From contig NC_058368.1 in assembly GCF_018350175.1 (NCBI RefSeq), positions 27,840,001 to 27,904,000 of the forward strand: a DNA stretch of 64,000 nt, given 5' to 3'. Source of the stretch: Felis catus (lineage: Eukaryota). Position numbers and translations under genes: made by a program. Below, piece by piece: positions 48,441 through 61,182 of this stretch; the first letter of the stretch is position 1; the number at the start of each line of letters is the position of its first letter. The notes below the pieces were generated by a model. It was not told where the DNA came from and did not search any database. It saw only the letters and a program-made list of their open reading frames with translations.

Positions 48441-49734
48441 TCTTGTCTCCGGGATAGAGAGGTTCTGTCATCTACAGTGGAGCTACAGGTGGCAGAAAAG
48501 ATCAGAGGACGATGAGGACTCTCAGGAGAAGCTGATAAGGTATGTTGAGCTCAGAACTTTTATTGTCCCTAATTTTTAAAAGGAGGTTGAATAGAATTTG
48601 GAAAGTGAATGACATTTTGCTTTGTTCTTGTTTCTTTGATGAGATTTACTCATCAGAAAGTGATGATGTTTGCTACAATAAAAGTGATATTTAAACCCAG
48701 TGTCATTTTTTTTAATTAGTCATGGTATTTCACTTACAAAATGAAAGTTTTATAAGATTATAATTTGTAACAGAAGTACATGGTGATTTTGTCCATTTTC
48801 TTGATAAGTGGAGAGAATGAAGATTATTGTTGAACAAGTCTGACAATGACAATAACCCCAAGTCCATTTCAATGATTCAAAAAGAGATCAAAAGGAATTT
48901 TTCTCTTTTAAATTATTGTTTTACTGTTGAATAATTTACTTGGAAAAAATTTCTTGAGAAGTTTCTTAGGGTCACTGAAGCTAGTTTTGATAATAAATTT
49001 AGGATTTGAGAGGAAGCAATGGCCTGGGAAAATAAAACTTTGATCAGTAATTGTCTAAAATCATAGAGATTGTATGATTAGGGTGTTAGGAAGAAATTGG
49101 AGCTATTTTGGGGGAATTAAAGAATCTATAAAATGCAAACAGCCTGATTTTCTTTATGGATTCTATGAAATTTCAAAGTAATTGTTTTTTCTATATTAGG
49201 TCATAGCACAGCTTTCTAGACCCAGTTCCAGGTCCCCTTGTCCAAATTTTAACCCCCCCCCCAACAGTTGTGTGGAGTTGTGATAAGAGCTCTAAGTAGC
49301 TTGAAAATACTGTGGGAATCACATTGAAGCTGGCTTCAGGATCCTAGTTTTGCAGGACTAGGTCACTAATAAGATGCAAAATCCATTTTCAAATGAAATA
49401 TACTTATTCTAAAAGAAAAGGCCTTTCAAATGAGCAAAATGCAATTCTAGGTCTTAAATTGGGGCATTAACAAAGGCTGAACTTCACTTTGATTTACTTA
49501 AAAAACAAATCACCAAAACAGGGTGCTGGCTGGTTTTACCCCTTTTCCTCTGTGGTAGGATCACTTCTACTTTGTTTTAGTATGGGACATGCGGGTGGTC
49601 TATGAGATGTACCGATAGTTAAAAGATAATTCTTTAGGCTTTTCACTGGTTTCCTCACTTCTGTTCTTGTTCTATACAATTTATGCACATATTGCTATTG
49701 AAATATTTTTTTACAGCCAGTTGAAATTTATGGA

Positions 49735-49859
49735 GAAAGTACTACCTTTACAGCTTGGGTTAAAAGCCATTCCTTGTCTAATCCCAACCCGCCATTCTGA
49801 TCTCACCTTCAATCCTTTATCACTACCTCTAGATGTGTGCACATGCCCGTGCACGCGCG

Positions 49860-49902
<43 letters not shown>

Positions 49903-50090
49903 AACCACAACATGGTACTTGCCCTTTTCTTTGCATATGCTGTTCACACTGCCTGAAATACTCATGACCCTCCTGCCATTGTAATCCCAGATTAAATATC
50001 ACTTCCTCTTTGAAGCTATACTGAACCTGCCTTTCATAGTCGCTCCCTACTCCGAGCTCCCAAAGCATACTATAAACTCATCATTTTATG
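49735..50090 (+). mobile_element. L2 fragment containing a (CG)n(CA)n tract at 49852-49897
   Basis: ttgcatatgctgttcacactgcctgaaata...cccagattaaatatcacttcctctttgaagc. Confidence 0.7.
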
Positions 50091-50699
50091 GAATTCGCCA
50101 GTCATAGTCTAGTACGAGACATTGCCCACAAACAATAGCTGCATAGGGATTGGCTTTGCTCTTCCAGTTTGGTACCATTCTCTTGTAACTTCTTACCTTG
50201 CTCCTCTTATATGCTCTGGGTTGAAAAAAGAATAGACTTGCTGGCAGTACCTCTTGGACTTAAGTAAATAACGGAAAATGTAGAAGAGGCTGGTACTAAG
50301 AAATGACAGCAAGGAAGCAGGGGGATTTCTGTCACCCCAGGGTGGTCTATCCAGACCGACTATGCTCAAGTGGCCATCCCTATCTGGAGGATGCATGCAA
50401 AATGGGCATAAGCCAATCAAAGATTACCAGTAGAAGGAACACATTCTGCTTAAATCTAAGAAAAACTAGGATTAGATTAAGGATGTGGAAAAAATAATAA
50501 CCCTCCCCAAGTGTTGAAATTTCTGTAAAACTCAACATTAGTCATATATTCTGTTTTAATATAATGATTAGAAATATAAATACACGTTTATGCTGAGGTA
50601 TTAACAAACACTAGTTCAGCTTTTACTTATAATCTGGAAAAGTGTAATAAGCTGCTAACCACAGTGTTAGAAAGATGGTCTTATTCAAAGCTATAGACT

Positions 50700-51220
50700 A
50701 GGTTGGTAATACTAGTTACGAGTTGCCATTTATTCAGTGCCTGTTAAATCTCAAGCCCCGTGAGGGAGGCGTCACGACTATATTTTACTTTGACATATTT
50801 TTTTTTAAACTTTTTTTTTTCAACCTTTATTTATTTTTTGGGGACAGAGAGAGACAGAGCATGAATGGGGGAGGGGCAGAGAGAGAGGGAGACACAGAAT
50901 CGGAAACAGGCTCCAGGCTCCGAGCCATCAGCCCAGAGCCTGACGCGGGTTTCGAACTCACGGACCGCGAGATCGTGACCTGGCTGAAGTCGGACGCTTA
51001 ACCGACTGCGCCACCCAGGCGCCCCTACTTTGACATATTTTATTTGACTTAATCCACACAAGATACTTGTAGGCTAGGTACAATCATCCCAACTTTATAG
51101 AGTAGACAACCGATGTCCCAAGAGGTCGAATAATTTGCTCAATGTCACCCACTTTGTGAGTGGAGTCCGAATTTGAATTCCAGTCTCTCTGCCTCCAAAG
51201 CCCATGCTCTTTCTGTCATA
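50700..51220 (-). mobile_element. MIR split by a young SINE
   Basis: gccatttattcagtgcc...ttatttgacttaatcc.cacaaga...aggtcgaataatttgctcaatgtcaccc...atttgaattccagtctctctgcctccaaagcccatgctctt. Confidence 0.75.
50802..51025 (-). mobile_element. Young feline CanSINE
   Basis: Perfect TSD tactttgacatatttt at 50786-50801 and 51026-51041. Confidence 0.97.
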
Positions 51221-51759
51221 CAAGGCTGCCTCACAAAGTAAGTTTCGAAGAAAGAAACATCTACGAAGAAAGACGGAGCTTCTCAAAAACTGTACCTGCA
51301 AACTCACATCTGTACTCAATAGCAAACAATTCCATTAGTTAAGAGAAATGTATTTCGGAAAGCAGTTTGGCATATGAAAAATGTGCCTACCATACACAAT
51401 GACTACAAAAATACTTGAAATAAATGATCAGATGTAGTTATCTCTTGAGGCTTTTCCATCACTGTCCAGCCCAACCTCGTGAGATCAGGCTGAGGACACC
51501 ATGTAAAAGTTGTGACCCATGGCCCTGTTGGTCCGTGGCCCTGGCCCCCACTCATTATTCTCTCTGCTTCTCTAGACTTCCTGTTTTCCGACCCTGCGTC
51601 TGTCTGGTCACAGCATTCCATGCTGTCTTCCTCACTTTATTCTCTGTCTTACACAGGGTTCTATCTCTTCTGGGCACAGCCGCGGTGATTCCCTTGGCAA
51701 AGCTCTGGTTCTGGTTTGGTAGTGCAGACCCAGATGGATACTTTGTCAGATGCCCCTAT

Positions 51760-51908
51760 GGTGGTGGTTATCCAGGAGTGGTTTGAAGATCACTTCTATA
51801 CAGATTACCTTGCAGGAGGCTTGGAGAATATCCGAGTTGACTGAATCAGGACCTCTGGGGAGTAGGTCCTACAATCTGCACTTTAGTAGGCTTTCTCGTT
51901 GATTCTCT
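51760..51908. mobile_element. MER5A-like MITE fragment
   Basis: ctgaatcaggacctctggggagtaggtcctacaatctgcactttagtaggcttt. Confidence 0.55.
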
Positions 51909-51911
51909 GTC

Positions 51912-51963
51912 TTTTTTTAATGCTTTATTTTGAGACAGAGGGCACACCACATGGGGTAGGGGC

Positions 51964-51999
<36 letters not shown>

Positions 52000-52133
52000 T
52001 CCCAAGCAGGCTCTGCACTGTTGCACTGTTGGTGCAGAGCCTGACGCAGGGCTCGAACTTATGGCCATGCAATCATGACCTGAGCCGAAATCAAGAGTCG
52101 GACGCTTAACCGACGGAGCCACCCAGGCGCCCC
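51912..52133 (-). mobile_element. CanSINE
   Basis: tcatgacctgagccgaaatcaagagtcggacgcttaaccgacggagccacccaggcgcccc. Confidence 0.95.
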
Positions 52134-52716
52134 TCATTCATTCCTTTGTGACCAATATTTTACAAGTACTGCCCTCCATTTCATGTGATCCCTGGGCATC
52201 CCTACCCTTTCTGTCATCTTTTGCAGGGACTCCCACATGTGAGAGCTCACCGGTCTGACCTGAATATACTATTGTTTTGTTCCATTAGTGTGTTTAACTG
52301 AGGGTGATCTATATTGCTTGGGCCTTTTAGAAAATCACATACTGGGAGTGACTGTCTGCCCTTTGCAATCACAAATGTAATTTTCTCTCTACTTCACATA
52401 TAACCTGACTTTCCCCAAAGCCTCATCTGTTTGTGGGTACAAATAAAGCCACTTAATGGTTATAACCCAAATTTCACTGACTCATGCCTGTACCTACGTA
52501 ATACAAAACCGCAGTTCCCTGCATAATTCTCCTCCGGTATTTCTGGGAGGTCTTGGAAGGTGCCTCGCAGGTGCTCTCAGTCCTGCTTCTCTGCACTGTG
52601 CTGCTGGTTGATGTGTGTTGCTTTTGGAGTCATTTAGACTGTGCCTCCCCATGGCTCCAAGGCTGGTGGCCTCCCTGAAGATGCTGAACTGCATGACCAG
52701 GACCAGGTGCGCGCGC

Positions 52717-52959
52717 TCTCTCTCCCTCTCCCTCTCCCTCTCCCTCTCCCTCTCCCTCTCCCTCTCCCTCTCCCTCTCCCTCTCCCTCTCCCTCTCCCTC
52801 TCCCTCTCCCTCTCCCTCTCCCTCTCCCTCTCCCTCTCCCTCTCCCTCTCCCTCTCCCTCTCCCTCTCCCTCTCCCTCTCCCTCTCCCTCTCCCTCTCCC
52901 TCTCCCTCTCCCTCTCCCTCTCCCTCTCCCTCTCCCTCTCCCTCTCCCTCTCCCTCTCC

Positions 52960-53002
<43 letters not shown>
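52717..53002. repeat. (TCTCCC)40 hexamer repeat plus (TC)n; ~285-bp pure polypyrimidine tract
   Basis: Uninterrupted tctccc at 52721-52960, followed by (tc)n and preceded by (gc)4. Confidence 0.98.
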
Positions 53003-53003
<1 letters not shown>

Positions 53004-56000
53004 GTTCTCTTATAGCCACAAGCCCTCAGGTTGCTGAGAGCCGTGCTGTGTTCCCAGGCCTCCTGATGGGGATGAATCCATTCTGTGCTGGACACAGAAG
53101 TGAGGAGGATACTGTTTGCTCTGATTCTGTGTTTTTTTTTCCCCAACACTATTACTTTTCTGGATCCCCAGGGTCCCTTATGGAACTATTTCATTTAATT
53201 TGTGCGTGCAGCTTCCCCTCGCCGCCCCCCCCACCCAACATCCCAGATAAACACTAGCCTGTATATCCATCCACTTGTCCTGGATGCCCACAAGAAAACC
53301 ACATACCCCCAACAAAACCTCTGTGAAAAATCTACTCCTTACAGACACTTCCACCAGTTGATCACACGCGCTCCGCCATGTCTGGATCTCGGAAGCTCCT
53401 TTCAACTTAGGTTGGGACTTGTCCTCTCCTGACCCATGGCCACGTGTGACACGTTCCTGAATCCAGTGAACCTGGCTTGAGAGCTACTAAAGGGCCTTCC
53501 TGGGGAAGATGTTTTAAAATTTTGAATGTAGGAGAGGCTGTCAGAGTGAGAGAGCCCAGACAGTACTGATCCTGAAAGTGTACTTATTTTTCCTTTAAAA
53601 GAAGACATCTGATCTCCAATTGAAGAAGATGAAAGCAAAAAGAGAAGCAGAGAATTGAACCACATGCAGGATTCAGCATTCTAAATGGTACACATTCTCC
53701 CCTACCTTCCTCCTCCTTTACCATAGAGTGCCAGCTGTCACCAGAAGCTGTTTCCAAACCAATTACCATTCCTTTATCAGCAAGGAGGATAAAATCTTCA
53801 CAAAGGAACAGATGACTGGATGCCATTGGTTCTTCTGACTCTGGAACTGCTTTAGAAAGGAAGTTGCATCTTTGCAGAATTATTATTATCAATCAGCCTT
53901 TATTGCTTCAGCTTTCTTTATTGCATTCTAACACACAAAGTAATGAAAACATATAATAAAGAGAATAAAACACGTAATGCATCACTGTGCAGATATTGCA
54001 ATCATAGCAAATCCAATGTAAATGCCCTACAGGGAATACTTGAGCCTTCCAATACATTGCTAACAGTTTGCATGATACTACATCACATTATTTATCTACT
54101 AAACCTGTCATGCTCTGCTAAATATTGTGCCAGCATCAACCCCAAATAGTACTACTCCTTCCCATCCTCCAAACGGAAGGCATATTTCTTTGCTGTCACT
54201 GGTTTTAATGTTTGCAAAGAGTAGCTCCAGCTCCTGAATAATTAATGCATAACGATTACTAAGCCACGGGTAGTTTACTATTCTAGCCCCTCTGGTCTTT
54301 GCAATGTTGCTTGCTTTAATATGCACTTCGAATTGGAACCAAGAGGTAGTAAAAGTCATTAAGACGGCATGAAGCTAAGTCAATAATGATTTACAGAGTT
54401 TGGATGCATTCCTGGGTTTTTCATTCTTGGCTCTCAAGCCCCATCTGCTGCTCATGTTCTGACTTGGTCTCCCTTTTGCAAATGCTTCTCTGATGACAGG
54501 GTTTCCGCTCTGTTTATACTTACTTAAAAGAGTCAGCTCTCAAGAGTTCAGGTCAAGTACACACTTCCTTTGTGGTAGTTTCAACTTTGGAAGAATACTA
54601 GCGGTGACTAAATACATTTGGAATACTTCTGCCAGATAGATGCATGTCAGGAAACGTCATGATCTCAAATGGTATGGGCGCCTAGTAAATGATGATAATA
54701 CTTGCAAGGGTGATTCACCCTAAAGAAGGGTGTTAAAAGCTAAGTAGGAGGACTTTAAAAAGGAGGACGAACTTTTTCATGGTGTGATGGCAGAGTACTA
54801 ATGTGAAGACTAACTCTTCTATGTGCTGCTTGTGGTTTCTACTCAAAAGATGTTGCTATATATCAACTGAGACTTTAATAATTCCTGTGTGGAGTAAGCT
54901 GTTTCCTCCCACAGGGCAAAGATTGGTCACTTTAGTGGACTTGCCTTTGAGCAGAAAGGATCCAGTGCTTCAGGAGTATCTAATGAGAAGATGTGACTAT
55001 GGCAGGGTAAATGCCCCTTGGGTAGACATTGGAAAGAGAACTTGTTGCTTCTAGAAGGCCAGTGACTCAAAGCTTGTTCTCCTTCATGCTCGGCCTGTGG
55101 CTAAACATATATACTGTAGAAATTTGGACAAAACATTTGTGAGATAGTGGTGAAGAAAAGAATGTTGTAAACACTGCCATATTAACCAAATGGAGGGCCG
55201 CTTACAGCTTGTTTGCTCAGTGTTTTCCTTTTATAGCATATTAATGCCATTTCTCTTTCTTTTAGAGTTCCTCAAATCTCCCCAGCAAATGAAAAATGTT
55301 TAGGAATAAATATATACATGCTTTGAGTCTGGTTCTGTAGATTACAAAAAATCTCTGAATTCTCTTATGATAGGATATATTGTTAATTCTTTGAGGTGGT
55401 TTGGAAAATGTCTTTGACTTTTAAATGGACCCTGGTGATCTACATGTTAGCTTAAGTCTGAAAGGTCAAGCTTGCTATTTCCTCCTCACCCAGCCGACCA
55501 AGCCTTCTGTACTATAATTGGTGCTTTGCCCTTTCGAGTTTTTAAATTGTTGCTAGGTCTAGCACTAGGTTAAATGGATGGGACCCTTATTATTGGTAGA
55601 GCAAAGAGAAGTGAGGCTAAGTGTATAAATTGCTCCATGAATGCAACTGGTTTGCCAACAAACCACTTGTTAGAGAAGAATGAGGTAGAAGAGAGAGATC
55701 TGCAGGATGACCTAAAAGACCCCACAGTAGGGTGTATGAATAAATAACAGATTGAATACCAAAATCTCTGAGTACTTTGGAGAAATAGAAGACACTACAA
55801 ATTAGCATCGCTTTCCGTAACAGATTCCCAGCAGAAGAACTCCATTGAGTCAGGTTTCCCCACCCCTGATAATGTGCAATAGGACCATTGAATGCATTCG
55901 TGGTCTAATTGGTTGGTTGCTGATTGCCTTGGTGAAAGGGGTGGGAGTGACAGGACTCAGGGAATCCCAGGGGAGACTGCAAAATGCTTTGATTTGGTCC

Positions 56001-56639
56001 TAGGGACTCTCCTTACCCCATCGCCTTATCCTTCCAGATGTCACGGCCCCATCTTCCTTTCCATGTGTTTGTGGTTACTTGTGTGAGTGACCCAAGCCAT
56101 CGAAATTGGGGGGCGGTGACTGTCCCTATCAGGTGGGTTGAATGGAAGTGTACAAAGGTCAAATGAACATCAGCCTCGCTTATCATTTGGTGGGTAACAC
56201 CCAGACTGTTGGGGTCTGAACCCTGGCTGTGCTGCCATGAAGCTCTTGGACGGCAGATCTGAGTAGCTTCTCAGTGGTCCTCTATTCCTGTCCATGAGAT
56301 CTCTCCTCCTGCCATCTCACCAGCCATGAAATTATTTTCTGCACTGAATGACATGGGGGTACCAAAGGTCCTATTGTTCCAAATTTGTACCATCTTTTAC
56401 CTGCACTTCAGCTTGTCAAACATAAGTAATATATTTGACTCCATTGTTCTCTCTCCTCTGCTTTCCTATTCCTAAGGTCGTGAGTAATTCATAATGTATC
56501 ACTGGAGTTGGGGGAAACACCTTGTGGAACATATGAAGGAATTCCAAAGAGGGAGAAGGTTGGGGGGAGGAGGTTGAATCTGGTTAAAAGTTACAAAAAT
56601 ATTATCCTGCCGTATTTATGCTTAGATATGCAAATCATT

Positions 56640-56800
56640 TAAAGTGTATGGCATCTCAAGTAAGTAATTTAACCTCTGTGTGCCTCCATTTTTCCATTTT
56701 TCACAGCTATAACAATTGCATGTAATTCCTAATGTTGAGAATATTAGAAGATATAATGCATATAAAGTACTTCATGTAAGTACTGGGCATGTCACATAAA
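56640..56800 (+). mobile_element. MIR fragment
   Basis: aagtaatttaacctctgtgtgcctccattttt...ttgagaatattagaagatataatgcatataaagtactt. Confidence 0.7.
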
Positions 56801-56968
56801 GATATGTCCAATGTGAAGGAGTAAGCCATCTTTACCACTCTGGAAAGTTGAAAAGCTAATATAGCTTCCTAAAGCTCCTCGCCATAGCCAGGGATTGGGT
56901 CGTGTTCTCAGCATCCCTGGCCATGTGAAATAGGGAAACGGATTTGGGATTTAACATCAGAGGACCTG

Positions 56969-57103
56969 AGAATAAACTGAGGGTTGATGAGGGGTGGGAG
57001 GGAGGGGAAAGTGGGTGATGGGCATTGAGGAGGACACCTGTTGGGACGAACACTGGGTGTTGTATGGAAACCAATTTGACAATAAATTTCATATAAAAAA
57101 AAA
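56969..57103 (+). mobile_element. Short 5'-truncated feline L1 3' end inserted in a MIR
   Basis: aataaactgagggttgatg..gggtgatgggcattgaggaggacacctgttggga..cactgggtgttgtatggaaaccaatttgacaataaatttcatataaaaaa. Diverged TSD taacatcagaggacctg / taaaatcacagggcctg. Confidence 0.9.
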
Positions 57104-57172
57104 TAAAATCACAGGGCCTGGATTTGAATGCTGGGTGAACCTCTTACTATTTGACTTTAGGCCTGTTCCTCA

Positions 57173-57649
57173 ATGCAGTAGTTTCCTGTGCAAAACAAAT
57201 TGCCACACACCCTGTGACTTAAGATAACAGAACTTTAGTCTTCTATAGTTCTGGAAGCTAGAAGTCCAAAATCAGTTCCACTGGTCCCAGATCAGGGTGT
57301 CCGCTGGGCTGTACTCCTCTGAAGGCTCCAGGGGACAGTCCATTCCTTGTCTCTTCTAGCTTCCGGGGGCTGCTAGTACTTCTTGGTTTGTGGCTGCGTC
57401 ACACCAATCTCTGCCTCCGTGGTCATGTTGTTTCCTCATGTGTGTTTGTGAAATCTCCCTCTGCTTCCATTTTATAAGGACCCTTTGATTGCGTTTAGGG
57501 CTCGCTTGATAATCCAGGATAATCTCTCCATCTCAGAATCTTTAGTGTAATCCCATCTGTGAAGATCCTTTCTCCTTATAAGGTAGCTTTTATAGGTGCC
57601 AGCAATTAGGGCATGATATTCTTGAAAGGTCATTATTCTGCCTGTTACC
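57173..57649 (-). mobile_element. MaLR solo LTR (MLT1C/D-like) inside a MIR (MIR parts ~56925-57172 and ~57650-57810)
   Basis: tagttctggaagctagaagtccaaaatcag...ccttgtctcttctagcttc...gataatccaggataatctctccatctcag...cattattctgcct. Confidence 0.88.
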
Positions 57650-59159
57650 CCTGACTTCTCTTAGTCTTAGGTTTTTTGTTTTTTGTTTTTTGTTTTTTTC
57701 ACCTCTAAAATGGGAATAATAGTACCAAACTCATAGGTCATTGTGAGGATTAATCCAGTAACCCATGAAAATGCTTTATTAATGCTAAGGCCTTAGACAA
57801 TAGTTGCTGAGAGATCTTCAAATATCCATTTGAACTTTCCCAGCTGCAATATGCATCCTGCATTCCTATGGCAAGATGCAGCATGCAGCCTGTGTTTTCT
57901 GAAATGGTGTTAGGATTGTACGAAGTTGAAAACCATAGGAAGTTGCCAGTTTTTGCTCAGTTCAAACATTATAGGCCTGCTCTTTGCTGGATGCTCTTCT
58001 GAAGATGAGAATGACAGGGATGAAAAGCCATGGTCTTGAACAATTCTGTTCCTGATCTATTCCATTTGGGATGCACAGACACACAAATTTGGGGGCACAA
58101 TGGTGGATGGCCTGGCAGCATGGTGTTGGAGTGCTGGGGTATGGGCGGGCATGGAGGGGGCGGGCTGCTCATCTTCATGGGGGGGTAGCACTGGAAAAAG
58201 TGCCCCTGGTCTGCAGGTCTGACCTGCCTCAGTGTCTTTGTAGTTGCAAGTAGAACAGATTGTCCCTATACCCTTTGGCTCCTGAATTTGGGGATGAAAT
58301 AAACAATATTGTAGAATGAGATAAAAACACAGACTTTGCTGTTTGTTCTCCAAAACTCGAAAGTCATGAAGACCTGTATCGGGGGGATGCTATCGATTTA
58401 GCACAAAGAGCCCAGGAAGGCTCTTAGTCCTTTTCTCCCGCTTCCCAATTTAAACATGCCTGAATCTTTAATAATCAAACCAAACAAATTATGAAATACC
58501 CAGTGACAGCTGGTTGGTTTGATGGAGCTGGCCCTGGAAATAGATTTGTAATTCTGTCGTGTTGATGGGAGAGAAGATGTTGATCAGCATGTTCCTAATT
58601 CATTACCATACTAGCGAGGCCTGCTGCCTCGCGATTTCCTATCAGGTTCCTTGTTGAGCCTGCAGTGGAGGTGGATGTGGGAATGTGTCATTCATACCTA
58701 TTGGGAGTAAATGTTGTTTTCTCTTCTAAATGTATTGTTTTAGCACTCTAAGTAATTATTATATGAGAGGTAACAATTGTACTTCCAGTTTCAGAGGACT
58801 GATAATTTATGGGGATCCTATTTGGAGAGACAGGGCATATTTATCAAAAGATAACAATTCCCGGTGGCATATTCCAAAGTAACAAATGAGTGGCTCAGAC
58901 AAGGAGTTTTAAAGACATTTGGAAGAGCGTGGTGTTTGGGCAAGACTCCACTGAAGAGGTGGGCCCAGAGCTGAGCTTTCGAGTGTTGGCAGTTATGAAG
59001 GAGGCATTTAGGAAAGGAGTCTGGAGACATAGGAAGGGTGGCACCAGAAAGAGACATAGGCAGGAATGTGCTGATGTGCTCTGGGGACAGAATTTATATC
59101 CTTGTTGATGAAGTAGTATGATTAGAGCCATATAAATATAAAATAAATTTGAATAGAGA

Positions 59160-59830
59160 ATTCAGTCCACATTCATTCGTTGATTTATTCATTCGTTGAT
59201 TTATTCATTCCTCGGTATATTAAGAGTACACCATGTGCTGGCCTTGACCCTGAGGTAAAGAAACTTGTATTTTATCACGTTGGCAAAGAGAAACTAAGAA
59301 GACTTTTTTTTTTTTTTTTTTGAGCATTGGAGGAAAGGAAAATCATGTAAGAGCGTGAAGTAAACCACAAATCATGATTTGAGAAAGTTCATTTGGCTGC
59401 CTTGCATAGAGTGAATTGGACTGGAGAGATCGTGAGAATGGAGAGATGAGCTAGGGAACCATTGCAGCCAAGGGACTTGGATAAGAGAGGTAGCAGAAGG
59501 AATGGATGCAGGAGATACTATTGGAGGAAAAGTGGCTGTTCTTCTGTTTCCATAACACTTTGTAGGATGTGTTGTTTGCTTACCTGTCCGTTTCCCCACC
59601 CAGACTGTGAGCACTTCAAAGACAAAGACCACACCCAATGTCTTGTGTCTCCACAGCCCCAGGCTCTGGGCCCGGCACACTGTAAGTCCTCACCAGGGGT
59701 CTGTTGACTTTCTAGTTATCAAAAATGGATTGGATGTGAGAGGTGAGGAGAAAGAAGAGTCAGAGAAGGCTCAAGATCTCAAACCAGGGAACAGGGGAGG
59801 GTTGGTTACTCATTATCAACAGGATAAGAG
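59160..59830 (-). mobile_element. L2 fragments (minus) with an inserted + strand L2 3' end at ~59535-59705
   Basis: attcattcgttgatttattcatt; gagctagggaaccattgcag; cccagactgtgagcacttcaaagacaaagac...cccggcacactgtaag; ggattggatgtgagaggtgaggagaaagaagagtcag. Confidence 0.7.
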
Positions 59831-59942
59831 ATGGTCACCGCAAAATTGCTACTTAGACATGTTCTGCTGCTCTCACTGGTCAGGCATTTGTGACACTGAA
59901 GTGACAGTGAGACACTAGGACTGGCTTCAGTTTCTAGGTTAC

Positions 59943-60189
59943 ATTTTTATTTTTATTTTATTTTATTTTATCTTAGTTTATCTTATTTTTTAAGTTTAAT
60001 TGTTTTTGAGACAGAGAGACAGAGAATGAGTGGGAGAGGGCCAGGGAGGGGGAGACAAAGAATCCAAAGCAGACTCCAGCTCTGAACTGTCAGCACAGAA
60101 CCCGATGAGGGGCTGGAACTCCTGAAACCATGAGATTATGATCTGAGCTAAAGTTGGACACTTAACCAACTTAGCCACCCAAGTGCCCC
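59943..60189 (-). mobile_element. CanSINE with long (TTTTA)n tail
   Basis: TSD tctaggtt(a/g)catttt at ~59933-59947 and ~60190-60204. Confidence 0.93.
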
Positions 60190-60579
60190 TCTAGGTTGCA
60201 TTTTAGAAGAGAAACAAAGGGGCAAGGTTCTAAGAGTTATTTTGAAATCTTAGGTAGGAGGGGGACAGGGAGGAAGTACAGTTTGTAAAAGCATATTCTT
60301 TCCTTTCTGATTTTCTACTCGGGGACAATATAAGATATAGACGGGTCTTAAATATTTGCTTATAAATGGAGGAATGAATTTCTAGTGATTCATATGCTTT
60401 GATAAGAAGTCCAGTCAGACTCTTTTCCTAACACCCTTAAAATCATACCTCACAGATCTGGACCATCCTCTTGGAAAGTGGCTTGGCAGACAGGCATAGG
60501 AGAAATCTTTTACCCCAGTTTTAAGTTTTTACACACACAAAAAATGAATAGCTTGGTGCCCATTGTGAATAATTCAGTC

Positions 60580-61180
60580 AAGTAATTCAAACAACAAAGA
60601 CATATATGGAACAGAAAGTTAAAGTCTCCTTCACAGCCCTCCATCTAATCTTTTCATTAGAACTAGCTATTGATAAAAGTCTGGTTTGGTTTTTTTCTCA
60701 CATGTTTTAATCGCCCACACAGGCCTGGAGAGATTTTATAATACATAAGTGAGGTCAGACTATACATATTTGTTTTAGGATATCTTTTTTCTTTTAACAT
60801 CTATGATCTCTGATATCCATGCATGTAAATCAGCCTTGTGCCTTTAACAGTTGTATAGTATCCCATTGTGAAAATGACAGTTGACATTATTTAGGCATTT
60901 GTTGTAAGTCAGCATCTGTGCTAAGCATTTAATATGATAATCCCACTTATCATTATGCCAGTCCTAAAGGGTAGATATTTTTATTATCTTCATTTTGGAG
61001 ATGAGGAAAATAAGAGATTGGGTAGGTTTCCCAAGACCACAGAGTTAGCAAGTATCAGAGATAAAACTTTATTTCAGGTAATCTGATTTCAGCATTTTTA
61101 TTCTATCCTGCCCTTTTATGGATCTACCATAATTTATTTAAATAATCACCATTAATGGGCACTTACTATGTTTCCATTTT
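60580..61180 (-). mobile_element. Old L1ME 3' fragment containing a MIR (~60880-61110)
   Basis: gtatagtatcccattgtg...taccataatttattta...atgggcacttactatgtttcca. MIR: ttcattttggagatgaggaaaataagag..cccaagaccacagagttagcaagtatcagag. Confidence 0.65.
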
Positions 61181-61182
61181 TT

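Noticed and set aside
52615..53149. Long ORFs encoding poly-SL, poly-LP, poly-GE and poly-RG
   Set aside because: Translation artefacts of the stop-free hexamer repeat.
53402..53892. Two overlapping minus-strand ORFs (87 and 102 aa) in unique DNA
   Set aside because: No recognisable protein similarity or convincing splice pair, and the lengths are expected by chance.
57918..57973. MADE2-like mariner MITE relic
   Set aside because: Only one degenerate arm is visible, which is too weak to call.
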